A stretch of DNA of 64,000 bases, taken from assembly GCA_012295275.1 (NCBI GenBank), contig CM022670.1, forward strand, positions 27,590,001-27,654,000, read 5' to 3'. Numbering within the stretch: position 1 is the first letter of the stretch; the number at the start of each line of letters is the position of its first letter. This DNA comes from Chrysomallon squamiferum (Eukaryota > Animalia > Mollusca). Positions 13,339-30,109 of the stretch are shown piece after piece. Below the pieces are notes generated by a model. The model was given only the letters and a program-made list of their open reading frames with translations. It had not been told where the DNA came from and did not search any database. The position numbers and the translations under genes are program-made.

Positions 13339-13640
13339 AAATATTGAATATGATCGTTGATAAATCACTTTGTGTATTCCGGAAATTTTGCTCTTGCTTA
13401 TTATCATTTTATAATTAATTTTTAAAATATTCTTCCATTTTTTTTTTTTTTTTTTTTTTTCAAATTACCAGTAGAATAATTTATCATTAAAATAGTAATT
13501 GGCTATTTCCCAATCACTTGTTTTAGGTGTGTTTTTAATGCATAGGTATTCATTGATATTAAACCTTGTTCTCTCTTGGATTCTAGCCTTGTATTTTCTG
13601 CAAACTGTAGTTAATACTATTTAATACATTTTTGTTCAAA
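9620..13640 (+). repeat. Higher-order tandem repeat: diverged ~200-250-bp monomers in a ~1.4-kb unit
   Basis: Monomer core ggcta.ttcc..(g/a)tcacttgttttta...ttaaattt recurs about 15 times. The block at ~10673 repeats at ~12088 (offset ~1415). The variant ggtgtgttt.taatgcataggtattcatt occurs at ~9973, 11268, 12681 and 13526. Confidence 0.9.
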
Positions 13641-15040
13641 ATAATATATAAAAATATTTAAAAAAATAATTGCCATTTGGAAATCTGCTTTGTTTATAAT
13701 AATATGTTAACTTTTATTTTTTCTTAAAAAATGCGAATATTCATTGTATTCACATTGTCTCTACTATGTACATTCTACTATGTACCTGTTTTCAGACTTT
13801 AATCATAGTTAAACTTCATTTTATTTTCCTTAAACTTGTTTTTTTTTTAACACATTAAAATAAGAATGTTGTGTTTTGGGTAGTTTTTTTTTTTTTGGTG
13901 GGGCTGTAGTCTATTTTTTTTTTTTATTTGGGTGGGTTTGATTTTAATTTCTAGTCATATTCATGTAATTACAAAAAATAAAAATGTTTAATCATGCAAT
14001 CTGAGTTGCTTTATCTTTTTAATATATATATATATATATATATAGTGTGTGTGTGTGTGTGTGTTTTTTACTTTTTCGTGACTATTTATTGTTATATTTC
14101 AGAAGTATTATAGTAATTCATATAATAAAGTTGCTAACATAATCGAAATTTTATCAATTTGTAAATTCTTACAATGACACAAATTTACATATTTTCTTAG
14201 TTTAAAGGTACTTGTCTTAGTCACTACAAGAATGAACATTAATTATTTTTAAAAAGTAATTGATTTTAATAGCAGTATTGATTTTTGTTTGTTAATTGAA
14301 TAATGCAGAAATGTTTTAAAAATATGAATTTCAGAATAAATACATCATCTTACGAAAACAGTTTTTTTAAACTTAATACTTTCAAAGGATAGTGTCTTAA
14401 ATTTTACAGTTTCTCTCAAACCTAACCTTTTCACTACTTTATCCTAAATTGATTCTATAATCTTCGCTGTATTTTAGTTTGCTTAGAAAGTGCATATGTG
14501 TACATTGAAACACACACATCATACCATTCAGTGGTGGGTTTTTCAAGAATAAATCAATCCTTACAATGGTATTTACTGCCAAAAGTGTCATCACACAGTA
14601 TGTATTTGAGCAAAACTAAATAAAATCCTTTGTTACGGGACTTAACCTATGCATTTGTTTGCTCAAAACAGTAGGATAAACTGTGCACATATTCATTTAA
14701 TTTCTGAACCTATCTAGAACAAGAATCTAGTTTCAAATATAAATCTCTTTTTCACAACAAACGGTGAAAAGAGCTCTTGACAACATAAGTATTAAGATAT
14801 ATTTTAATCCTATCTTGCTGAAAGTTTCTTGGAATACAGTGACATGTTGTTGCGCGACCTGTGTTCATGCAAATACCGATTTTTTTAATTTTATTATTAT
14901 TGTTGTTGTTGTTGTTGTTTTCAAATGTTAGAAATGTAAACCTGTCTCCTAAATGAATTTTTGGAGCCAAAAATTGCCTTTTTGGGAGGCTTTCTTTTTT
15001 CCTTCGTGATTACCTTGCATTGGTGTATCTGGCAAACTCA

Positions 15041-15258
15041 GATGTTAAAACTATTACTCTGAACTCAGTTTATTTGCCACCATTTAATCATTTTAATTTT
15101 AATCTCAAGACACTTCGAGGTCTTCTTGACCAACTACGTACTCCCTTCATTGTTACTGGAGAATTTAATGGTCACCACACTTTTTGGGATGTGACGATGT
15201 AAACATCAGAGGAAAACAGTTGGAAAACTTAATACTCAAAAATGACTTGCTTTTATTT
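15041..15258 (+). mobile_element. Non-LTR retrotransposon (LINE) APE-endonuclease fragment, degenerate
   Basis: Translates KTITLNSVYLPP...LLDQLRTPFIVTGEFNGHHTF, then after a frameshift WGCDDVNIRGKQLENLILKNDLLLF. This matches the Exo_endo_phos SVYxPP / GDFNxHHxxWG / RGxxLExxI motifs of I/Jockey-type LINEs. Confidence 0.75.
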
Positions 15259-15404
15259 GTTGATACATGTTCTTTACAATTTCTCGATTTGTATCTACTA
15301 ATATACTAAAACACATGTAATTTTTTTTTATTATAACAGTTCCTGAAGTAAATGAAAATGAAAATTTTCTTAAAATAAACTCTACATAAAAACACAAAAT
15401 CACC

Positions 15405-15491
15405 AAAAGTTGTACCTGCGGCCCACCTGAGGATGAACCATGTCTCCTGTGGCCCACTTCTCGAAAAAGGTTGCTCTTGCCTGGTTTAGAC
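15405..15491. mobile_element. Probable end of a hAT (Charlie-like) non-autonomous element
   Basis: tgcggcccac...tgtggcccac...aaaaaggttgctcttgcctg followed by gtttagac resembles Charlie-type subterminal GGCCC repeats, a ...CCTG terminus and an NTCTAGAN-like target. The other end was not found. Confidence 0.35.
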
Positions 15492-16312
15492 ACTTGTGAT
15501 AGTGATAAGTTTCAAATTATTTGGAGAAGGATGGACCTCCATCACTTTACAGATTTGAAAGGTGCAAGCTTCAGCATATTTGCAGCACTTATCTGCAACA
15601 ATTTGAATTATCGATGCTCATGATCCCAATGTTAATTTCTATCTTGAACGTCATTGCAGATGAAACTTTTCCTAACACTTAGACGGAGCATTTCAGTAAT
15701 CTGATTGCTGAGAAAAGGAACTTTGAATTCGAAGAAAAAAAACTTGAAATTGTTAACAACAACATAGTCTAACCAACTCTTTTGATTCCCAACAATTAAA
15801 AGATTTTATTATACATGAATAATAAATGTGATTTTGCAGGTCATTTATAATAAATAATATAAAATTAGCTTCTGTTAAACCATGCATATAAATAATTGCG
15901 TTAATGTTAATGCAGATACAAACCTTACACTGAGAAATATTGTTGTATTATAGTTCTTTGTACATGTTGATCTTGCTAATCCTTTTTGGCTTTTTGTTCA
16001 TTTGAATTATCTCCTGTAATTGGAAGCTTGGGCAGTTTCACAGCTAACACAGACTGTGTAGTTCAAAAGCTGCTAACATCGTCTTGAATCAAATGGGAGG
16101 CACTGCGTGGTCTTGTGAAGAGACATCTATTGAATGTAATAAAACATACATTTTGTAAAATACATTTCATTATTTTAATGCTACTCACAGGTAGATAAAC
16201 ATTGAAATAATATTTTGTGAAAGTTATTTTTACAATAATTGTTTAAACTGTTCTGACAGTGATAGAATGTTTGTTAAGTACATTATAATTAGTTACATAA
16301 TAATTACGAGTT

Positions 16313-16440
<128 letters not shown>

Positions 16441-17865
16441 CCCCGTGTTAATTCAACTGAATGTTTTTTGAACAATGGTATATGTTCTTTTGAAAATGCT
16501 AATGAAGTTATGTAAATTTTGAAATGTTCATAACGTTATGAAATTACTGAAATTCTTTGTTAAGTGCGAAATGCTTTAATATAGATCATCCATGCACAGA
16601 TTTTAATGATTAATAGTTTCAGATTTCCATGTCTATGTTTACTCTTTTAATTTTTTTTCTATTATTATATTGACTCTTTTCTGTGTTTGATCATTTAATG
16701 CATTACATTTGTTGATGCTTTGTATTGTTTCGAAAAATTATAAACATTTTCTGTCCTCGGTAAAAAAAAGAAAAAAAAGTAAGGGACTGTGAGTTATTCG
16801 CTGGCTATCTGTAAACGACTTCACAATATTATTGTTAATAAAAAACAATTTTGGCGGTTGTTATCAGTTTTTTGACATTATGACCATTATTATTATTTTC
16901 CCCCCGCAAAATATCGTTTTCTTTCGTGTTATTGTTTGATATATATTCTATTTCTTTCTTTCTTCTTCTTCTTCCTTTTTTTTTTTTTGTCGAAATCTAA
17001 TAAACAGATGTGTATTGAATCCACGATGTAACTATTATTCATAAAATGTAAAGGAAAAATACCTTTCATCTCGAAAACGCGTAATGTGAAATATTACTTA
17101 ATATTTCTTTCCGATAATTTATATTTACAGGTGTCATACACAAAAGAAGGCGATGTTCCTTATGAAAGAATAAAGATTGATAGTGTATCACCACCAACAA
17201 TATCACTGATCTCAGGTGAAGAAAATTAACCATTTTGGAAAATCTCATAAAGAAATATCATTTCATTCATAAATAAAAAAAGGAAGCAGAATGGATAAAC
17301 CTCAGAAAACAAATAAAACAAAGAAACAAAGCCAAAAAAGCATCACCTTAATCATTTCATATGTGTGAAGTGCTGGTGTATGTTTCTGTATATAACATAG
17401 CTTTTGCGTAAAACAAGTGTAGTTCATTAATTTGGTGACTTAAATGTCTGTTTGGTATCTGCCTAACTATCGTACAGGCAACTGATAATAAAAATGAGAG
17501 TAATAATAGTCGTAATAATAAATATAACACACACACACTTTTCCTTAGTGTTATAGTTTGTTGCTCGAGTTCTCGAGTTGTGACTTCTTGGGATGGCAGT
17601 GCCAGATTGTTATAAACATTTGTAGCATGACAACAGTAACAAAGCTGATTTGAATCGACGGGTAATGGTATCCTTTCAGAAATAAAAATCTATCCTGGAT
17701 TCAGACTTTCACATTCATGCAATGGTTCTCGAAATGTGGAAACAAGAAAGGGATAACTGATATGCTCAAGCCTCTGTTTTGAACTCACCCTCCACAGAAA
17801 CCAGGATGGGATTCTCCAACGAAGCGCTTTAATGTACCTCCTGGTCATCCTGTCTTAAAATCAAA

Positions 17866-18020
17866 ACACACACACATATACACACACACAGACACACATA
17901 CACCCTCACACACACACACAGACAAACACACACACCCTCACACACACACACACACTCACTCACGCACACACACATACACACAACACACATATACACACAA
18001 ACACACATATACACACATAC
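17866..18020. repeat. Imperfect (CA)n microsatellite
   Basis: acacacac with cata/caga/ccct interruptions. Confidence 0.9.
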
Positions 18021-18355
18021 ATTTCTGGTAAGAAAAAACCCAGTTATCTTCAAATATATGAGCAATGGCTCAGTCAATCAGTCCTTCAAAACGTGAATGC
18101 TTGAATATTGTATCAGTCTTGCGAAACTGAGATTGATATTGCTTAATCTTTGCACCTATTCCAGTGCTCAAAGTTATTTGTGACTAAATTTGCGGAGTGA
18201 TAACAGAAACATAACCTTCAAATCATTAGACAAAGATATTACTTTACATCAGTTATATAGGCCACATTCCAGACTCCTCCCGTTTATACGGGTCATGGTT
18301 CATACAAAATGACGTAAATAATAAAACATTGTTACAAACCGAACTGCAACACTGA

Positions 18356-18643
18356 ATGATTACCACATCGGTCACGATGTATCAGCAACGAAGAAGCGAA
18401 CTTGGTATTTCTAAAAATGAAATATTTCTTATAGGCGAGCAGTTACGGTAAGTTACACTGTATAAATCTGTTATATTGTATGTGTTTAATTTTCAAGTCG
18501 AGTGAAATGTGTGTTTCACTAAAACTGTTAATCCGCTTAGTACATGTTAGTTATGTAGTTATCTACTACGTTATCAGGGGAATACGGCTATGTTTAAACG
18601 TTAATGAGTGTATTACGCAGATGACAACAAACTGCCCTTATAT

Positions 18644-18693
<50 letters not shown>

Positions 18694-21600
18694 CCTGGTT
18701 TGGGACTAACCTGTCACTTTGCCGGAGAAATCTGACCAAAGGATGAATATGTGTCGTTTTTCAAATATTAGTTGATAACTTCAATGTAAACTAATTATAA
18801 TATTTCACTAGATATTAGTAAGTTTATGAATTCCAGTATGAATCTTTGATATTTTGTATTTATTATATTATTTAATCTGCATTTATTTATTTTTTATTTG
18901 TCAGATGTTTTGATTAATGTTTATTATGTAAATATAAAAACAGAGAATATCCTAATACCTGTTTCCATTTTATTTGTTATGGCCTGTGTAACATTATTTA
19001 TTATAAAATGTTATTTATTTATTTATTTTCATCTTGGTGTTCATTATAACAATGTTATTTGGTGTTTTTAATACAAGCTTAAACTGTTTTCGCTCTTTAA
19101 TAACCCATTGCTCATTCAGTGAAATGTCATGCTGTAATGAACTAGATTACTGTAGATAGAAGAAATAATCATCTTGTGAGATTATCATGCAGATTTACAA
19201 GCGTATCAAAGATTACAAGGTCATGTTTGTTAAAGTATTTATTATTATCATTGTTGTAGTTGTTATCACTACTGCTGCTATTTATTTATTTATTTATTTA
19301 TTGTTCTGTTGTTGTTGTTGTTATAATTATTATTATCATTATTATTATAATTCTATATGCTGCTGCTACCACTAGTACTACAACTACTATTAAAAACGCA
19401 GATACGTTAAATGATGCTAAAATTTTTCTTCAAAATATAATTCAGTACTCTTGTTATTATGTTAAGATCATAATGGTTTCAATTTATATTCAAGAATGGG
19501 TAATCAACCAAATATAAGCCAATAGACGTAGTATATAACAAAAAAAAAAAAAAAAAACACACAATCAAATAAGTCATTCGAAAATCCAGTCAGATCCTGC
19601 TTAAGGAGATGACTAAATTGTGAATTAAGACACAAAGGTCATATTAACTTACTAATTTACGTTGTGATCTTTTGCAACATCATGAAAATATGCATAATGT
19701 TATTGTTGTAAAGACAGATCGGGTAAATGTTATTGGATCTGTTTACACTTCACAGTTACTAAGTTTAAATAAATACAGTATAGCATTTCTCAGCAAACAT
19801 CACAGTTTTAAAACTAAGCTAATATATTCATATCGTATTAGTACAGGAATATTAAAAACAAGAATAATCCTTGGTTTTCCGAACTGTTTCTGTTGTATAA
19901 AACTTTGCTCAATGTAATACCTTGAAAAGTTACTATCCTTAACAACAACAACAACAACAACAACAATAATAATAATAATAATAATAATGCCGTTTGACAT
20001 GATAGAAAGTAATAAATTTCGATATTTCTCCATTATCTCACCAATTCTCAAATAAATAATTTTTAAAATCCATATATGAATTTTATATTATCTTTTTGAA
20101 TTTCCGCGTTCATTTCAAAAAATATTTTATATTTAATTTTATGTTTAGGAGGTAGTAAAACTCTGATTAATCAAATTCATAACCAACAGAGCCAGAAAAA
20201 TAAAAAGTTAAAAAAAAGTTTAAATACGAAAAAAGGAAACATATAATACATTTTTGCATAAATATTAAAGAACAGCAGAAAACATGCGTTCTAAATTTTA
20301 CTTCCAGAATGCAAATGCTTGCTCAAAACATTGTAGCCAGCAGACGACACCATTTTCGTATCTACACGTCGTGTTTCATTGGATGTGATGTCGTTGATTG
20401 GCTAATTCAAACGAAACACGTCAGTACACGTGACGAGGCAATCTCATCCATGCGACTTCTTCAAGATCATCTTGTAATACACCACGGTGAATTGTATTGA
20501 GAATATTATTATTAGAAATTTTCATGGCATGAAGTTTGCTTAGTATGGAACTGGTTGTAGCATGTGAATATATATAATTTATAATTTTGTTCCCCTTATA
20601 CGTACGAATTTTTTCTTTGTTTGTTTGTGTGTGTGTGTTTGTGTGTGTATGAATATGGATTTGTATGTACGTATGCTCGTATCCTTGCATGTATGTATGT
20701 TTTTACATATATGTATGTATATATATATTTCTGTGTGTTTGTGTGCATATTTGTTTATTCGGAATATGTATCTTTGTACCTGTAAATGAACGTACTTACT
20801 TGTTTAATCGTACGTGCACAGTAAAAATAACAGAACAATACAGAGCTAGATACTTATATTTAAACTTACTGTGTTGATTTTACAGTGTGTAACAAGCACG
20901 TGTTCAAAGATGAGAACTTGTTTTATCGGTTTAGACGCGATGATGATTCATATATGCGTTACAACGATCTCAAATATTTTTACAAAGCATTGTACCTCAG
21001 CCAAAGGTATTGGAATCTTTTCCTTTTTGTATATTTTTGTATATTTTTTATTTACTTATTTTATTTTATTTTATTTTATTTGTTATTTAATGTAATGATA
21101 AAATTTAATTTTACGGCACTGGCTTTATTATTATTATTATTGTTGTATTCATATGTGATTTAATGTCTTTTTCGTCTAATTCAGTATTTAATTATTTTAA
21201 TTTAATTATTTAATTATTTATTTTAATTTAATTATTTAATTAATTAATTTATTTAATTATTTATTTTAATTTAATTATTTAATTAATTAATTTATTTAAT
21301 TATTTATTTTAATTTAATTATTTATTTCCATTTTGTTTTCCAATTGTTTTTGTTTTGTTTTTTTTTTTTTTTTTTTTTTTTTCATTTTTATTTTCATCGT
21401 GATCATAGATTTTGCGAACACTCTTTTTATATAACACTTTCGATTCAGAATGCGTTGTCAGAAAGACATTCTCAAAGATATTCATCTGAATGGACAGTTG
21501 TTTAAATCAGCTTTCTGGGGTTTCGAAATCGTTGATTGGTTAGTACAAAATCACGAGGTCTGCTCCAGAGAGGATGCTGTTAGGTACTGCAGACGGCTTA

Positions 21601-22054
21601 TGGACATTAACATCATTAAACACGGTTTGTTAAGTTCTTTATTAAACTACTACATACAAGCGTGTGTGTGTGTGTGTGTGTGTGATTTAAAAGTTAAGTA
21701 TTTGATACGATCTTTAAAAGTAATTCATTCTCTTTACAGTAAGCAGTGAATTTCGTTTTCGAGATGATCATCTGCTTTACCAGTTCACGATCGACTTCAC
21801 TGCACCTTATTTTCTCTGTGATATTTCCCGGCTTTCACACATCTCTTCTCACACAAATCTCGCCACTGACAGAGGTAAATAAATATAGCTGCGTTACCTT
21901 TATTTTGAAAATAACTATTGTAGCCATCGCTGCATACCTGTTGATCTAATGGCCACCCGCAACCACTGCAACTGATCAGTCAAACGAACGTAATATCCCG
22001 AATTTTAATTACAAATAGAAATGTAATTTGAATTTTCTATGTGTACAGGTCGTA

Positions 22055-22120
<66 letters not shown>

Positions 22121-22696
22121 TGTGACAAAGACAGAGGTAACTAACAAAGCAATGTGTTTAATCATAATCATAACAGAAACAGTTACAATAAAAATTTTAC
22201 TACTGCAATTATTACTACTTAATGAACAAAATAACTATACAACAACTACTGCAACAAATATTACAATTAACGCAACAGCAACAACTACTACTACTGTTTC
22301 AAAGAAAAAAGAAAAACAACATAATTAATAATAATTGGCAACAGTCGCAAACTAAAATAAACAAAAACTTTTTGTTGTTGTTGTTGCTGTTGTTGCTGTA
22401 ATTTGTAACGGAACATATAATAATATACCTTTTGGTATGTTATTGGATATGACGTCATGAACAAAAGTTGCATAAGGACCAGACTTGATATAAAATGCAG
22501 CGTAAGCCATCGCTCTACGTTGCTTTGTTCAGATCTTGCAGACCATGCACTGTGGTGGCTAAAGAGGCGGTGACTGCATAATCAGCAGATTGTACACCAA
22601 ATTACACAGTCTGCGCGCATTCCTGTCATTGTTTCGTCCAACTCAAGACGACTAATTCCACTCTTTAACAAATCCAGGATTTCCTTCTATTTCTTT

Positions 22697-22727
<31 letters not shown>

Positions 22728-23065
22728 CTTTACCCCCCACCCACTTTCTTGTGGTTAGAGTTATTTCCAAATCTTATCGTGTATTTGTATATAGCGGTTA
22801 ATCAGAGCTGCGTTGTACATGATGACATAGTCTTCGTTACTGCATAGACTGAAGATAGATATTATGGATAAATGGTCTTTTTATTCACTGAAGATTTTTC
22901 TCTAACTTTAAAAAGACGTATTTATGGTTTATTCGAATGACAGAAGCTTGTTATTGTCACCATGGATATATTTAATGCCAACAAGGAATTTTGCGAAGAA
23001 GGTAAAAAAAAATATAATAATAATAATGAAAGATGTTCTGTTTGATCCTTCATTCTCCTACTCTT

Positions 23066-23108
<43 letters not shown>

Positions 23109-24458
23109 TTTTTCATTTATTGCTTTATTTTTATTTGCTTTATTTATATTTGCTTGGGATCTTCTTTTTCTTGTGTCATACTTGTTCTAATTTATTTTAT
23201 TTTATTTCAATTTTTTTTTCTTTTTCTTTGTGTGTTTATTAATAATATTATGATTATTATTATTGTTGTTGTTGTTGTTGTTTCTTTTTGATATGCTGAA
23301 TGGTTACATTGTATAATTCCTTCATAATCTGAATCTCTCTCTCTCTCTCTCTGAATTAGTTCGTGATATATTTCAACTGTTCATAATAATTATCATCAAC
23401 ATCAAATGCATAAAGATCGTTTCGCATAGCTTTAAATTCAAATATTTGTAATCATTTTTTCTCTGTCGACTTTTCTGACGTAATTTATTTGTTTTATTTA
23501 CTACAGTAATTTCTCAAACTTCTGCCTCAGATGACAATTTGTGCAGATCGTATAACGCAGAACTCAAAGATGACAACTGCACATCCGAACAGACACAAGA
23601 CACCAGCATACAACAACCACAATCAGGTAATACATACATAATGACGGCATATTAAATAATAATAATAATAATAATAATCATCATCATCATCATCATCATC
23701 CTCATCATCATCATCATTATGACGAGGATGATGATAGCTATCAGACAGATACACCAAATCTTTTCTTCAGAATACTATTTTTTGTTGTATTAGATCTGAT
23801 GACACCGGTTTAATTTACAGTTTTGTTGCGGCATGTAACTGCTGAAGAACTCGAAGATCCTCAAACGCCTTATGTAAAACACGCAGTAAGGGTAAGTGCT
23901 TCAATAACACAATCTTTTATTAATCAAAGTATTCGGCTCGAATAGTGAAACTTTGTCAATAGCACAGTAAATATTGCTGTAAAGAATGAAACTTAATCAA
24001 ATAACACAACTACGTATGGTTTCATTACAAGTAACAGATACATTATGCTTGTATATAACCTTAGTCTGGCGTTTTAGTTTCCTCGCTAGATAGCAGCGGG
24101 TTATTTATTGTTTAATGATTTGAATGCGTCTATAACGGAGGCATAGCGGATCATCTGTTATTATTATTTTCCATGGGAAGGATTATATAAAAGATTTCTT
24201 TCCGCTAAACAGCAAAACTATTCTTCTAGCTTTGATTGATAAAGGTTTGGTCTGTCTACCCGTGAATGACGTCATATAACTACAAATAAAAAATATGTAA
24301 AATGGGTAGATAAATAAAGCTTTTCTTCCTGTTTCCCATCTTCGCTAGAACTGATGAATCGTTTGGTATACGAAATCTTGTACTGCATTTAGCAGTCATG
24401 AATTTTTTTGTATTTATAATTTAAGATACGAAACTTATGCTTTTAAAAATAATAATAA

Positions 24459-24493
<35 letters not shown>

Positions 24494-24773
24494 ATATTTC
24501 TATATGCATGGTAAAACTAGCTGTTGTCTATTGTGACAGGTTGTGTGTGATTCAGTCGGATACGGGTTCGTCATACGCGGGGAGGGACCAGTTTACATCC
24601 AGATTGTTGATCCCGATGGTCCAGCGGCGGCGGCTGGTTTAAAGGTGGGTATACTTCCGGTTTTAGCTATGTTTTGAACATTTTGAAAGCGTTTAATAAC
24701 ATTTCTGACGATTTAATAATAAGAAGAGGAAGATAAAGAAGAAATATGATAATGATGATGATTACGATATTAA

Positions 24774-24828
<55 letters not shown>

Positions 24829-25043
24829 ATTTGCTAATAACAAGGAATATTTTTCTGTAAAATCCCTGGTTCTGCAATTACTTGTTATTTCTTTATTTAA
24901 TCCAGGTTCGACAGTATCTGCATTCTGTTAATGGTGTTAACGTGTTGAGAAAGAACCACAGAACTGCAGCCAAAATGATCTTCCAGAATCCCGGTTTTGT
25001 CAATCTCGTTATACTGACCAACAAAAGAGACATGTTTTCATAA
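18356..25043 (+). CDS. DEPTOR: DEP domain-containing mTOR-interacting protein (DEP-DEP-PDZ), 9 coding exons, ~378 aa
   Basis: Exons 18356-18447, 20308-20486, 20886-21006, 21449-21624, 21740-21874, 23507-23626, 23821-23891, 24540-24644, 24906-25043(TAA); 1137 nt in frame. Motifs: EIFLIGEQLR; RRHHFRIYTSCFIGCDVVDWL; VFKDENLFYRFRRDD; second DEP AFWGFEIVDWLV; VLLRHVTAEEL; PDZ DSVGYGFVIRGEGPVYIQIVDPDGPAAAAGLKV..LHSVNGVNVL. The start could be 18356 or 18377. Confidence 0.93.
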
Positions 25044-25111
25044 CATTTTCTCATTATAGACTGTTATCAGTATTATTTGAAATCGTCAGGAGTGCTGTAA
25101 ATTATAATCGA

Positions 25112-25130
25112 AATAAAACTGGAAATAAAT
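25112..25130 (+). terminator. Candidate DEPTOR polyadenylation signals (two AATAAA)
   Basis: aataaaactggaaataaa, ~70-85 nt after the stop. Confidence 0.45.
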
Positions 25131-26094
25131 ATGTGTTTATAAATAACAACAAGTACTAACTGGTTTTGTGATTTAATAATATCTGATGAACTAATGGGAA
25201 AAAAACGATGATTCTAATTCAAAAGAAAGAAAGCAAGCTTACACATACACAGACGTTCGCACACAAATATATAAATTGAGAGAGAGAGAAAAAAAAAAAG
25301 GAGGTAGGAGAAAAAGAATGAGAGACACAGACAGAGAGACAGATGGAATGTACAAAGGCACATATGGTGGTTCTCATTCATAAAGCATTCACAATATAAG
25401 CACTTAAGAAAGTCGCTGCTGCTGTCGCATATTTATATAACTATAAAGTTTTATTTAATTCACATATATATATTTTGGAGATTTAATTTTAATTTCAGAG
25501 ACTCAATGTAGTCGTATAAAACCTATCTACGCCGCGTACAAAATTATTATGATGAATTTTCTCACCTATTTTTGCGAATTCTCTTTAAACTGAGATACTA
25601 ATCAATTTTCGTTTATAAACAGAGGCTAACTTCCACAAAATGTCATATATAGGAAGGTCTGTTTCTTTTTCTTTTTTCTTTTTTTCAAATTGCCATTAAG
25701 CTAGAGTTAACTCCACTATCTCTTAAATTATATATATAAATAATAATACTATTTCGTCTTTATATTTCAAGGAATCAGGAATAAATTACATATCTATAAT
25801 AGTATGAATTAAGATCATTTAAGATAGAACTGTTAGTGCTTGTTTTGTTTTTGTTTTTGTTGTCATTATTTTGTTTGTTGTCTGTTTGTTGTTGTTTTTT
25901 TGTTTTTTTTCGTCGCAGATTAGATTTTTTCAACGTCACATCCAAGACATTGTCTATATAAAACATATACGCAAAATTATACTATTATGTCTCTCTATCT
26001 ACAGTAACCAGGAGTGAATAATGTGTCAATAGTAACTTGCTTTATTCAAATGTGTTGTTTACATCAGTCACATAATTACTGAAGTATTGCAGGT

Positions 26095-29852
<3,758 letters not shown>

Positions 29853-30109
29853 CTGAAAAAGAAAGAAAACAGAAGAGGAAAAATACTCAAATGAAATCAA
29901 ATACTGAAAAGAGAAAATACGAACCAATCAGAAATAAAATCCATAATTATTTTTTTTATTCCTGTCCCATATATATATATATATATAAAAGAAGAAAGAA
30001 AGTAAAAAAGCTCATCATTCCGTACATACGTTTGGAACCGACTGGTTAAAGCAGGAATATTCGGTTTAACGAAACATCAATGATAAAACTCCGATATCTG
30101 ATATAAAAT

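Noticed and set aside
15492-15775. GC-richer patch as a transposase or gene remnant
   Set aside because: No sustained reading frame or convincing motif.
22533-22680. Extra DEPTOR linker exon after ttgttcag
   Set aside because: In the required phase it reaches TGA after 13 codons, and no good donor follows.
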